Positions 1 through 9,152 of a stretch of DNA of 64,000 nucleotides are shown in pieces (the stretch's first letter is position 1; each line of letters begins with the position of its first letter). The position numbers and the translations under genes were made by a program. The DNA lies in IMG/VR virus record IMGVR_UViG_3300050010_000483, positions 20,592 to 84,591 of that record. The stretch is one strand, 5' to 3'. The notes below the pieces were generated by a model. The model ran no database searches, was not told where the DNA came from, and saw only the letters and a list, made by a program, of their open reading frames with translations. The DNA comes from a virus.

Positions 1-2
1 TA

Positions 3-89
3 CCAAATGGTGGAGCTTCCGAGAAACCAACATTGAGGCAGCTTGCCGCTCAAGCTTTTGCACACGAAAACATTATCGTCAACCGATAA
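3..89 (+). CDS. 3' end of upstream gene, probably capsid scaffold/prohead protease (partial)
   Basis: Open frame from the window edge reading PNGGASEKPTLRQLAAQAFAHENIIVNR*. It lies immediately upstream of the decoration and capsid genes. Function inferred from position only. Confidence 0.45.
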   Translation, partial: PNGGASEKPTLRQLAAQAFAHENIIVNR

Positions 90-119
90 TACAAACAAAA
101 CAAATTTTAGGATAAAACT

Positions 120-722
120 ATGCCAACACTAAGACCATTCAGAGATTATGATGAAAAAGATGTTCTCAATTTCTTTGCCTACTCAGGTAACGTAATTGAT
201 TCAAACTATCTTATTTTAGCAAACAAAGGAACTATCTGTACCATTACTGGTATTGGTTTTACTCCTTCAGTCAACGAGCCAATCCAGATGCTCGGTAACT
301 TTGGTTCATTTAGCGTCAACAACTTTGTTGCTCAACGTTATGGTGCTACTGCTTTCGTAACAGCCGCCAACCCAGGAACAATTCCTGTCGGCATGACGTT
401 GTTTGATGTTCGCGAATTGGATGAAAATCAATTGCCTCTCAAATACAACCCCCGCAAAGCTGCTGAAATGGAAGTCGTTATTTCTGGTCAGGTTGTTCCT
501 CTCGTCACTCGTGGTACATTCATGTACAGCGGTATCCGTGTCTCAGGTAGTGTCCCTGTTACTGCGGGTGCCCCTGCTTATTTGGGTTACAACGGTGAAA
601 TCGCAACCTCTGGTTCTACTGTTATTGGTAAGTTTTTGGGAACGACTGGTGCTTATAGTACGGGTCTTTTCACCGCTTCCGATCAGAGTGCTATCGCTCT
701 TGTCTGGTTGAACTTGCAATAA
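120..722 (+). CDS. putative capsid decoration/cement protein
   Basis: 200-aa beta-rich ORF directly before the major capsid gene. GMTLFDV...VVISGQVVPLVTRG...AYLG.NGEI...IGKFLG resembles beta-tulip head decoration proteins. AGGA lies upstream. Confidence 0.6.
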   Translation: MPTLRPFRDYDEKDVLNFFAYSGNVIDSNYLILANKGTICTITGIGFTPSVNEPIQMLGNFGSFSVNNFVAQRYGATAFVTAANPGTIPVGMTLFDVRELDENQLPLKYNPRKAAEMEVVISGQVVPLVTRGTFMYSGIRVSGSVPVTAGAPAYLGYNGEIATSGSTVIGKFLGTTGAYSTGLFTASDQSAIALVWLNLQ

Positions 723-759
723 TCTGTATTTAATAAAACACAAAAGGAAAAAATAATTT

Positions 760-1884
760 ATGCAAATCAAACTAAAGAATACTCAGGAGCAGGTTGAATT
801 GATTAAGGCCATCGCCTCAAAGGACACTTCAATCGCCCGTCAGGCCACCGAAGCTGTTGCGGCTTTTCTTGGACCAGTCATCCATGAAGTCTTGATGACC
901 GCTGGTACTGTTTCCAAGATTTACAACGATGTTCCTTATGACGAGGATAGTGACCCATCCATCCCATTGGATTTGTTCTACAATGAAACCTCTGGTTACA
1001 TTACCGTCTGGTCTCAGAACATGGCTGGTGGTATGCCAACTTCACAGATTGAAGGCGTTAAGGAACTCAAGTTCGGTTCCTACCGCATTGACTCTGGTGT
1101 TTCTTTCAACAAAAAATATGCTCGCAAGAGCCGCTTGGATGTCATTTCCAAGGCTATTGAACGCATGGTCAACGAAGTTTTGATTAAGCAGGAACGTAAC
1201 GGTTGGGCCGTTGTTCTAAAAGCTCTTGCTGAAGCCAAGACAGCCAACGTTGCTTATGGTCAATTGGGCCACATCATCAACGCTACATCTGCTGGAAATT
1301 TCTTGCTTGCTGACTTGAACGCTCTCTTGGTTCGTATCAAGCGGATCAACGAATCCTACTCTGGTAACACGGCTGTTCAGCCCTACACCAACGGAATTAC
1401 GGAAATGTATATTTCCCCTGAAATTAAGCAGGCTATCCGTGCATTTGCTTACAATCCAATCAATACCTCATCATCTGATTCTAGTGCCGTCGGCGGTATC
1501 CGTGGTCAGTTCTTGTCTGAGAATCTCCGAGATGAGATTTACAAGAATGCTGGGTTGCAGAACATCTATGGTGTCAATTTGATCGAGTTGATCGAATTCG
1601 GTGTCAATCAGAAGTATAATGCGTTGTTCAGCTTGTTCTATAACAACGCTGGTGGGTCCTTTACTCCTGCTACACAACAGATTGCTGTTGGTATTGACAA
1701 TACTCGCGGTGCTTTCCTTCGCCCAGTTGCTCGTCAGTCTGAATCGGGTGGTACTTTCAGTGTCATTCCTGATGGTCAGTATGACATGTACGGTAGCCGA
1801 GTTGAGAAGGTTGGCTTCTACGGATTCCTTGATGAATCTCGTGTTTGTTTGGATGCCCGCGCGGTCGCTGGAATAGTAGTTTGA
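760..1884 (+). CDS. major capsid protein (HK97-like fold, inferred)
   Basis: 374 aa with strongly biased, high-expression-like codons (GCT, GGT, AAC), AAGGA upstream and a strong terminator after it. The C-terminus VGFYGFLDESRVCLDARAVAGIVV is typical of capsid proteins. Position in the head module fits. Confidence 0.8.
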   Translation: MQIKLKNTQEQVELIKAIASKDTSIARQATEAVAAFLGPVIHEVLMTAGTVSKIYNDVPYDEDSDPSIPLDLFYNETSGYITVWSQNMAGGMPTSQIEGVKELKFGSYRIDSGVSFNKKYARKSRLDVISKAIERMVNEVLIKQERNGWAVVLKALAEAKTANVAYGQLGHIINATSAGNFLLADLNALLVRIKRINESYSGNTAVQPYTNGITEMYISPEIKQAIRAFAYNPINTSSSDSSAVGGIRGQFLSENLRDEIYKNAGLQNIYGVNLIELIEFGVNQKYNALFSLFYNNAGGSFTPATQQIAVGIDNTRGAFLRPVARQSESGGTFSVIPDGQYDMYGSRVEKVGFYGFLDESRVCLDARAVAGIVV

Positions 1885-1904
1885 AATTAGTTTTACTAAT
1901 CATA

Positions 1905-1930
1905 GCCCCACAGAAATGTGGGGTTTTTTT
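1905..1930 (+). terminator. rho-independent terminator after the capsid gene
   Basis: CCCCACA-GAAA-TGTGGGG hairpin followed by a T run. Confidence 0.85.
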
Positions 1931-1950
1931 ATTCACATGAGTTTAATCTT

Positions 1951-1956
1951 GTGTAA
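1951..1956 (+). promoter_or_regulatory. GTGTAA putative late-promoter motif
   Basis: GTGTAAtatatg 11 nt before the ATG at 1968. The same hexamer recurs upstream of many virion genes. Confidence 0.6.
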
Positions 1957-1967
1957 TATATGTCAAT

Positions 1968-2438
1968 ATGAGCGATACAATTCAATTTACATCAACGGTA
2001 TCTTTAACAGCAACCCAGTCGGGCCAGTTGGGTGTTAATAATAACAACCCCCAATTTACATTGGACGTTTTTGGCTCAGCAAATGTTAGTGCAAACGAAA
2101 ATGTTTCTGGAGCTTTGACTGTTGGAGGAGGAATCATTAATGCTGGTAGTTATATTAATCCCCCACTAATTTTGACTGGTGGCGTAAGTGGTAATGTTGG
2201 CGGATATTCTTATGTGGTAAGTAGCGGTATTGCTGCAAACACTGGATATTTTCCAAATATTGCAACAACTGTTGGTCAAGAAATTTGTATGACAAACAAG
2301 GGTGGAACATTGCAAGTGACAGGTATTAGTCCAGGAAATCAATTCTTTAATACAGGAATAATTACAAATGGTTTCAATGTAATATCAGGAACCACCCGTT
2401 TCTTCTTTAATGACGGTACTCACTGGAACGTCCAATAA
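1968..2438 (+). CDS. small fibre-like virion protein
   Basis: 156 aa, G/S/T/N-rich. GQLGVNNNNPQFTLDVFGS is a fibre-shaft-like motif and the C-terminus is FFFNDGTHW. Confidence 0.55.
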   Translation: MSDTIQFTSTVSLTATQSGQLGVNNNNPQFTLDVFGSANVSANENVSGALTVGGGIINAGSYINPPLILTGGVSGNVGGYSYVVSSGIAANTGYFPNIATTVGQEICMTNKGGTLQVTGISPGNQFFNTGIITNGFNVISGTTRFFFNDGTHWNVQ

Positions 2439-2455
2439 AAAAGTTTTGAAAAATA

Positions 2456-2481
2456 AACCTCACAGAAATGTGAGGTTTTTT
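2456..2481 (+). terminator. rho-independent terminator
   Basis: AAACCTCACA-GAAA-TGTGAGGTTTTTT. It shares the CACAGAAATGTG core with the terminator at 1905. Confidence 0.85.
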
Positions 2482-2513
2482 ATTATTTATATCTAAAATC
2501 CATATAATAATAT

Positions 2514-2864
2514 ATGAAAGCAAAAAAACAGGCAATAGAATGTCACGGCAAAGTTGAAAATTTTGAAGCCACTACTTTGGAACAAGTTTGGGCTGGCAAC
2601 AATGAACTTTCTCGTTACGGTACAACTGACGCCTCTGTTTACGAAGAACGGTTGAACAACATGACTCGTGTTGATCTTGAACATGAGGCGCGTATGAAAG
2701 GCAGTATTATCGTTGCCGAAACAACGCGTATCAAGGATCGTTTGATGGCTGATTTCCGTTCTTATGTTTCTCTTTTGAGAAAACCAGTATCTCAGGCTGT
2801 TACAATGCGGGCTGATCATGCCATGCAAGCTGCCGCCCTGAAAGTTTTGTCCGAAGGACGTTAA
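2514..2864 (+). CDS. hypothetical protein
   Basis: 116-aa charged, helical ORF filling the gap between a terminator and the next motif. TATAAT lies 5 nt before the ATG. Confidence 0.7.
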   Translation: MKAKKQAIECHGKVENFEATTLEQVWAGNNELSRYGTTDASVYEERLNNMTRVDLEHEARMKGSIIVAETTRIKDRLMADFRSYVSLLRKPVSQAVTMRADHAMQAAALKVLSEGR

Positions 2865-2880
2865 CTACTGCCATGAAAGC

Positions 2881-2886
2881 GTGTAA
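2881..2886 (+). promoter_or_regulatory. GTGTAA putative late-promoter motif
   Basis: GTGTAAttcatg 8 nt before the ATG at 2895. Confidence 0.6.
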
Positions 2887-2894
2887 TTCATGGT

Positions 2895-5015
2895 ATGTCA
2901 CAGGAAAGTCTTGTACGGCTAAAGCAGATTAATAATCCAGAACTCTCTGGATATATCCTGAGTGTTGTTACACAGGGCAGTCAAGCTGCTGGGCTACAAT
3001 ATTTTCGACTCAGCAGCCCATCTGCTGGAACGTTCTTATACGATTCTACCAATAATTTCTACGAGCAGGGATTTCAATTTGGTTATCCTTCAAATATCTT
3101 TCTTATAGATTTTTATGGTACGAGTAATATTGCTCCTGTTCCATATGGAAAACCATATATTTACGGATTTGACATCTACGGTGGAGCAATTTTTTCAAGT
3201 GGTAATCGGGTAATTACCACTGTTGACACGGGAAATTTTATTTCCTATGGACAATTGTTACGTACGAGTGGCAGTCTTGTCAATACCCTTTTAAAGTACT
3301 GTTACCCTAATTTACCGACGAGTGTTACCAACGGAAATATTGAAAATACTTTTCTTCCCTATGGAATTGATCTTAATAATGAGTGGTTGATTGGCGACGA
3401 TACAATTCCTTCTATTGACTGGCAAAATAGAGTATTGTCGGGTGACTGGAATGTCCAGTCTCTTACAATTGGTGGACAGCCCGTTACAACTGGTGGACAA
3501 AATATCACTGGTGATTTTATTACAACGGGACAAACGGGAATTTTCGCACCAGAAAATATTGGTCTACCAACTGTGGGATACTATGGTTCTCAGTCTAATG
3601 GTTCGACCGCGGGACTCACCGCTGGTCTTCGTCACGAAGATGCCCTTGATCAGATTGATTTGATTTTGGGACTATTGGCTCCTGCGAAACCATTAAATCT
3701 TTCTCAATCAACGTTTTTGCTAACGGGCAGAACTTACTCGGCATACATGCAGGGCTCAAATACTTTAGTTAGTAATGTTGTGAATAATTTCCGTTTTACG
3801 GGATATGCGACGGGTTTCTATAATGGCGCAGCGGGCACACTATCGGGTTTCATTAATGGAATTTTGACGGGGCAGGATATTCTGACTACTGGAAATGATG
3901 TCGGTAATTATACGGGCCTGACTATTACTACTGATGCTGATTATTGGGGTGGAACATTTGGTAAGGCTGGATTTTGGTATTATTTGAATGCTCAAGTTAG
4001 TCCCATTTCACCATTAAACAGCGGTATGTTTACAACTCAATTAGTTCATTCTCAGACTGGACCCACAAACATTATCACTGGTTATTGTGATTTTTCTCAA
4101 ACAGCAAAAACAGTTTTGAATACTTTTAACACGGGAACGGCAACAACCCGCATGACTGATGGGGTAATTTCACTGGCCCCAAATGATCAAGTTCTAATTA
4201 ATTTCAATGTATTAAGCGGGGTTGGAGCTTTTTATGCAAATCCAATTGCCCAAGCCTCTTGTTCTCAATTGTCAACAGTTAACGTCGCTCCAACAGGGGC
4301 ACCTGCAAGTGGAACAACTTTAGTTTTATCCACAGTTTTAACGGCGGCCAATAATGCCTACACAACTGGTGCGACTATTAATTTGACGGCATATAATTCC
4401 GCTGGTCAATCTTTTTCCATTGCAAATCAAACAAATGTCCGTGTTGATACAGTTTCCAATCAACAGGCTCAAAGAACAACCGCTGGTTCAGGATTGTATC
4501 CTACTATTGGATTTAATGCATTATACAACAACAATATCAGTATAAGCGGCAATGAAGAACTTCAAATGATTAATGGGGCTTTACAATATCCTCCATCAGT
4601 TGACTATAGAATTTATCTTCCATCAGGAGTAAACTATACCAATTTACCAGCGGGTACCTACTTGGGATATCGTTGGGCCATGTTTAACATGGGTCAAGTT
4701 ACAAACGCTTCAAACGTCCAAGTAACATTCAATAATGCAAATAATTTTGGAAGTTCTGCCATCGTCAGTGATCTTTTGTTGTACGTACAAGTTTCAGGAC
4801 AAACGGCTGGATGGATTAATGGTAATTCTGCTTATCCTGGGGTTGGTAATCCAACTAACAATGGAGATTCAGCTTTGGTAGTTGCTTTAAGCTTAAGTAC
4901 CGTTAAACTGATTACGTTTGGTTCAGTTTCATTGACTGGTCCCGTGTATATTAGAGTTGGAATTCCAAGCGGTAGTAATAAGAATTTTTCATCTATAAGT
5001 TTAGTACAAGTATAA
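2895..5015 (+). CDS. virion structural/fibre protein
   Basis: 706 aa, T/G/S/N-rich beta protein with few charged residues. It shares a segment of about 107 aa with the next ORF. Confidence 0.65.
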   Translation: MSQESLVRLKQINNPELSGYILSVVTQGSQAAGLQYFRLSSPSAGTFLYDSTNNFYEQGFQFGYPSNIFLIDFYGTSNIAPVPYGKPYIYGFDIYGGAIFSSGNRVITTVDTGNFISYGQLLRTSGSLVNTLLKYCYPNLPTSVTNGNIENTFLPYGIDLNNEWLIGDDTIPSIDWQNRVLSGDWNVQSLTIGGQPVTTGGQNITGDFITTGQTGIFAPENIGLPTVGYYGSQSNGSTAGLTAGLRHEDALDQIDLILGLLAPAKPLNLSQSTFLLTGRTYSAYMQGSNTLVSNVVNNFRFTGYATGFYNGAAGTLSGFINGILTGQDILTTGNDVGNYTGLTITTDADYWGGTFGKAGFWYYLNAQVSPISPLNSGMFTTQLVHSQTGPTNIITGYCDFSQTAKTVLNTFNTGTATTRMTDGVISLAPNDQVLINFNVLSGVGAFYANPIAQASCSQLSTVNVAPTGAPASGTTLVLSTVLTAANNAYTTGATINLTAYNSAGQSFSIANQTNVRVDTVSNQQAQRTTAGSGLYPTIGFNALYNNNISISGNEELQMINGALQYPPSVDYRIYLPSGVNYTNLPAGTYLGYRWAMFNMGQVTNASNVQVTFNNANNFGSSAIVSDLLLYVQVSGQTAGWINGNSAYPGVGNPTNNGDSALVVALSLSTVKLITFGSVSLTGPVYIRVGIPSGSNKNFSSISLVQV
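3228..3545 (+). repeat. diverged duplicated segment, copy 1 (copy 2 at 5503-5823)
   Basis: TGNFISYGQLL...ENTFLPYGIDLNNEWLIG...DWQNRVLSGDW...GGQNITGDFIT aligns with the equivalent stretch in ORF 5017-6096 at both DNA and protein level. Confidence 0.9.
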
Positions 5016-5016
5016 T

Positions 5017-6096
5017 ATGCCCAGTATCACACAAATTGCCGACATTTTATTCAAAAAATGGATGGGCCTTGGCGACACTCAATCGGGAAGACAGTTCTTT
5101 AATGAACCGATTCGTGGACGTGTGTTCGTGGTTAATTCACAAATTTGGGGACAATCTAACCAAATTCCAAATACCGCTCCAACAAGTTCGTCTGGTATTG
5201 TTCAATATGTCACGGAATATCCGCTAACTGCTGTAGTTGGCACCACAAACTCTTTTTCTGGCGCATTGTTACAAAATACAATTCCATTCAACTGGGGTGA
5301 TGGAACAAGCTACAATTACAAACTTTACGATAGCACTTATTCCCAAATTGCTTTTGGCGTAAATGATTGGACGGTAGACACGGAGGCGGGAATTTTAATG
5401 TTTAACAATGGTGTGCCGCCAAACATGCCTCCATTGATAACGTTTTATCGTTACAGTGGAGTTATAGGCATAAACACTGGCAACTTTATAACAACAGAAC
5501 AAACAGGAAATTTCATTTCATCTGGACAATTATTAAGTGCAAGCGGCGATCTTGTCAATACTATTTCAATGTATGGTAACTCTAGTTTGCCGATAGGTTG
5601 CGTTACTAGTGGAAATCTTGAAAACACTTTTCTTCCCTATGGAATTAATCTTAATAATGAGTGGTTGATTGGTAACAATACACTTCCTTCTGTTGACTGG
5701 CAAAATAGAATATTATCGGGCGACTGGAACGCCCAGTCTCTTACCGTTGGTGGACAACCAATTACAACTGGTGGACAAAATATCACTGGTGATTTTATAA
5801 CATCGGCACAAACAGGTCAATTTTATTCTTCAGCTAATCCATCAGGATTTTTAACAAAGAACAATGTGTACTCATTCAAAACAACACTAATAAGCGGGAT
5901 TAATAGTCAAACCATTTCATACGGGCAGACTTTTGTCACTCCACCATTGGAAGTTTCATGTACGTTTCAAAATGACGTGGACAATTATGTTTACAGCTAC
6001 GCTATTTCCAGTGTAAATACAAGTGGATTTATTATCGGATTTTCCGATTATTTGTCGAATGGCGGATATATCCTTAATACTCAAATCAACTTTTAA
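5017..6096 (+). CDS. virion structural/fibre protein
   Basis: 359 aa. N-terminal ADILFKK...NEP...IW...IP domain, then the shared segment, then a small C-terminal beta domain. Coupled to the upstream gene through TAATATG. Confidence 0.65.
   Translation: MPSITQIADILFKKWMGLGDTQSGRQFFNEPIRGRVFVVNSQIWGQSNQIPNTAPTSSSGIVQYVTEYPLTAVVGTTNSFSGALLQNTIPFNWGDGTSYNYKLYDSTYSQIAFGVNDWTVDTEAGILMFNNGVPPNMPPLITFYRYSGVIGINTGNFITTEQTGNFISSGQLLSASGDLVNTISMYGNSSLPIGCVTSGNLENTFLPYGINLNNEWLIGNNTLPSVDWQNRILSGDWNAQSLTVGGQPITTGGQNITGDFITSAQTGQFYSSANPSGFLTKNNVYSFKTTLISGINSQTISYGQTFVTPPLEVSCTFQNDVDNYVYSYAISSVNTSGFIIGFSDYLSNGGYILNTQINF
5503..5823 (+). repeat. diverged duplicated segment, copy 2 (copy 1 at 3228-3545)
   Basis: Near-colinear match to 3228-3545 with mixed substitutions. 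Confidence 0.9.
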
Positions 6097-6102
6097 TAAA
6101 TT

Positions 6103-8730
6103 ATGATTCAATCATTTGATCAGATAAGACTCTCTAACCAGTTAATGAACGCAATGGGTGGCCAATTGGTCGTCGCTGGTCAAAACGTTGTCTATTCAGG
6201 GCTATTGGCAAGCAGTTGTAATTTCCTGCAAAACGAAATTACATCGCTTTCAGGGATGTTGACAAGCACACTGCAAAACGAAATTCTATTGTCGAGTTCA
6301 AATTTCCTTGGTAATAACGCTGGTGCTTTGGCCAACAATTCAGCTTTCAGCAACTGTATTGGTAATAATGCTGGTACTTTAGCCAACAATTCAGCTTTCA
6401 GTAACTTCATTGGTAATAATGCTGGTACTTTGACTAACAATTCATTTTTCAGCAACTTCATGGGTTATAATGCTGGTTCTTTGGCCAACAATTCAGCCTT
6501 TAGTAACTTCATGGGTTATAACGCTGGCGCTAATGCTACAAATGCAAATTCCAGCATTTTCATTGGTAATAACGCTGGTGGGGCCGCAATTGGCAATAAT
6601 ACCACTGGATTAAACAATGTTATTGCGATTGGATGTAATTCTGCTTACCAGGATAATGTTTGTAACGCCTCAGGTTATTCATCAATTTTAATTGGTGACT
6701 ATACGCAGACTTCTGGTTTTAGCAACAGTATCACCATCGGTCGCGGAACCGCCAACAGCAATAGTGGCCAGTTTAACATTGGCAACCTACTGTTTGGCAA
6801 TGGTATTTATACTGGTACGGGAAATTCCAATCAGGCACAGATTGGTCAGGTTGGTATCGGTACCAACAATCCTGCGGCAACTTTGGACGTCAATGGCAGT
6901 GGTAACTTCAGCAGTGGTTTGTATATCAGTGGTGTAAACATCACATCATATTTTGGTACATCCACGGTTTCGGACGCCACTGGTATATTCTTACAGGGTG
7001 AAATTACTTCATTATCGGGTCACGTTATAACTCTAGTAAGTCTCGTGGCCGCCAATCTAGCAATCACTATTGGGGAGTCTACCCAATTGCAGATTAACAA
7101 TTTGTCTGGTTCATTGTCTGGTTTATTAAATGATTCTGGTGTATTTTTACAAAATGAAATTACATCTCTATCTGGAACTCTCACTGATTCACTTGGTATC
7201 GTTACCTATGACGATCAAGTTGTTCACACTTCTGGTAACGAAATTATTTCTGGTATCAAACTGTTTACAGGATTTATTATCGCAAGGGAAATCGTTGCAG
7301 ATTCTGGACAAATTGGTACATTCAATATTTCTATTGGTACATCTGCTGGTTCGACTACTTCTGGACCAATAGGTACATATAATATTTATTTTGGTAATTA
7401 TGCTGGATTTGACAATACTGGGGCTGGAAACAACGTGGGTATCGGTTATGGTGTTCTGGGAAACTCATCAACTTATTTATCTGTTGCTATTGGTTCCGAT
7501 GCTGGTGACAAGACCACTGATTCAACTCGCTGTAACTTCATTGGTAATGGCGCTGGTTCTCAAACTTATACTACAGATTCAAGTAACTTTATTGGTTGTA
7601 ATGCTGGCGCTAATGCCTCAAATGTAAATTCAAGTAACTTCATTGGTGATACCGCTGGTTCTAGTGCCACAAATGCAAATTCAAGCAACTTCATGGGTTA
7701 TGATGCTGGTTCTTTGGCCAACAATTCAGCTTTCAGCAACTTCATTGGTTATACTGCTGGTGCTCAAACTCATAATTTATCTGCCTGTAACTTCATTGGT
7801 TATGGCGCTGGTCTTCAAACTTATAATTCAGATTCAAGTAACTTCATTGGTAATAACGCTGGTGCTTTTTCCTCAAATGCAAATTCAAGTAACTTCATTG
7901 GTCATAATGCTGGTGGGGCAGCGTATGGTTACAATACCACTGGATTGAACAACGTTATTGCAATTGGATATAATTCTGCCTATCAGGATACTGCTAATAA
8001 TGCCTCGGGTTATTCATCAATTTTAATTGGTGATTATACTCAGACTTCTGGTTTTAGCAACAGTATCACCATTGGTCGCGGAACCGCCAATAGTAACAGT
8101 GGTCAGTTTAACATCGGTAACTTACTGTTCGGTAATGGTATTTATACTGGCACGGATACTTCCAATCAGGCACAGATTGGTCAGGTTGGTATCGGTACCA
8201 ACAATCCTGCGGCAACTTTGGACGTCAATGGCAGTGGTAACTTCAGCAGTGGTTTGTATATCAGTGGTGTAAACATCACATCATATTTTGGTACATCCAC
8301 GGTTTCGGACGCCACTGGTATATTTTTACAAAATGAAATTACGTCTCTATCTGGAACTCTCATTAGTTTATCTTTAGGAACGACAACTATATTGACAGGA
8401 GCGATAAGTACATATTCTACCCTGAATTCTTCTAGTCGTTTAATTAACTGTGATTTTAATTTACCAAAATCATTTGTCACTTTGACGGATGGGATGGGAC
8501 CATTCGTATGGACATTTACAGGTGTCAATGTTCCTGCTGGAAACAATTATGCTGCTACATCTTTGTTTGTGAATAATAATGTTACTAGTACCACTGGTTC
8601 TCTTGTATTTCCTTCTGGATGGATTTGGCTTGGGTTGATGCCAATATACCTTGCCGCTGGAAAATCGGCTTATTTAAATTTGGAATCATTTGGTGAAAAC
8701 ATTGTAGCAGCCTGGGGTACTCAATATTGA
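6103..8730 (+). CDS. tail/head fibre protein with beta-roll repeats
   Basis: 875 aa with 17-aa SNFIGxNAG repeats (adhesin beta-roll-like), two GQVGIGTNNPAATLDVNGSG shaft motifs and LQNEITSLSG coiled-coil repeats. Confidence 0.75.
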   Translation: MIQSFDQIRLSNQLMNAMGGQLVVAGQNVVYSGLLASSCNFLQNEITSLSGMLTSTLQNEILLSSSNFLGNNAGALANNSAFSNCIGNNAGTLANNSAFSNFIGNNAGTLTNNSFFSNFMGYNAGSLANNSAFSNFMGYNAGANATNANSSIFIGNNAGGAAIGNNTTGLNNVIAIGCNSAYQDNVCNASGYSSILIGDYTQTSGFSNSITIGRGTANSNSGQFNIGNLLFGNGIYTGTGNSNQAQIGQVGIGTNNPAATLDVNGSGNFSSGLYISGVNITSYFGTSTVSDATGIFLQGEITSLSGHVITLVSLVAANLAITIGESTQLQINNLSGSLSGLLNDSGVFLQNEITSLSGTLTDSLGIVTYDDQVVHTSGNEIISGIKLFTGFIIAREIVADSGQIGTFNISIGTSAGSTTSGPIGTYNIYFGNYAGFDNTGAGNNVGIGYGVLGNSSTYLSVAIGSDAGDKTTDSTRCNFIGNGAGSQTYTTDSSNFIGCNAGANASNVNSSNFIGDTAGSSATNANSSNFMGYDAGSLANNSAFSNFIGYTAGAQTHNLSACNFIGYGAGLQTYNSDSSNFIGNNAGAFSSNANSSNFIGHNAGGAAYGYNTTGLNNVIAIGYNSAYQDTANNASGYSSILIGDYTQTSGFSNSITIGRGTANSNSGQFNIGNLLFGNGIYTGTDTSNQAQIGQVGIGTNNPAATLDVNGSGNFSSGLYISGVNITSYFGTSTVSDATGIFLQNEITSLSGTLISLSLGTTTILTGAISTYSTLNSSSRLINCDFNLPKSFVTLTDGMGPFVWTFTGVNVPAGNNYAATSLFVNNNVTSTTGSLVFPSGWIWLGLMPIYLAAGKSAYLNLESFGENIVAAWGTQY
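6298..6579 (+). repeat. 51-bp (17-aa) tandem repeat array 1
   Basis: Five full units plus a partial sixth of SNF[LIM]G[NY]NAG..ANNSAF. Confidence 0.9.
6541..7020 (+). repeat. about 480-bp intragenic duplication, copy 1
   Basis: Matches 7876-8355 at offset 1335. 6825-6989 is identical to 8160-8324. Confidence 0.9.
7531..7914 (+). repeat. 51-bp (17-aa) tandem repeat array 2
   Basis: Seven full units plus a partial eighth of [SC]NF[IM]GxxAG. Confidence 0.9.
7876..8355 (+). repeat. about 480-bp intragenic duplication, copy 2
   Basis: Matches 6541-7020. Confidence 0.9.
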
Positions 8731-8802
8731 TAAATTACGCATCTATAATAGAATCTTATTATTGGGAGAAATTGCTGTTCTTTACGCCAGCTATTAAAAA
8801 AC

Positions 8803-8808
8803 GTGTAA
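8803..8808 (+). promoter_or_regulatory. GTGTAA putative late-promoter motif
   Basis: GTGTAAtttagg 13 nt before the ATG at 8822. Confidence 0.6.
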
Positions 8809-8821
8809 TTTAGGTTGTATT

Positions 8822-9151
8822 ATGATTACTTACGATTTAAACATTATTCAGGGTGATTCGTTCGCCACAACGGTGCCCGTTACCGATGTGAGTGGGAATC
8901 CCTTGAATTTAAATAACTACCAAATGAGTGGTTTTTATCGTAATTGGTTTTCAGCATCTGGTATCACAAGTCTAAACCCAAGCGGAGACGGAATAACAAG
9001 CGGATTGCTTTATCTCAACATTCCTTCAACAGGAACAGCGGCTTTACCCGTTGGTATTGGAGTCTACGATGTCAAGTTCACGGATTCTGGCAATAATTCA
9101 TTCAGAGTCTATGGTGGCCATGTTTACGTTTCACCACAAGTAACTTATTAA
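8822..9151 (+). CDS. small Ig-like virion protein (BppU N-terminal-like)
   Basis: The pattern YDLNIIQGDSF...GNPLNL...YDVKF...RVYGGHVYVSPQVT is typical of small phage beta-sandwich structural proteins. Confidence 0.6.
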   Translation: MITYDLNIIQGDSFATTVPVTDVSGNPLNLNNYQMSGFYRNWFSASGITSLNPSGDGITSGLLYLNIPSTGTAALPVGIGVYDVKFTDSGNNSFRVYGGHVYVSPQVTY

Positions 9152-9152
9152 C

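Noticed and set aside
24-140. PTLR peptide shared by the upstream gene C-terminus and the decoration protein N-terminus
   Set aside because: Only four residues with different codons, so it is likely chance.
6298-7914. CRISPR-like array
   Set aside because: The 51-bp units are in-frame degenerate coding repeats without unique spacers or a constant repeat.
6541-8355. Diversity-generating retroelement template/variable repeat pair (also considered for 3228-3545 versus 5503-5823)
   Set aside because: Differences are mostly synonymous C/T and mixed changes rather than adenine-specific, both copies are coding, and no reverse transcriptase is in the window.
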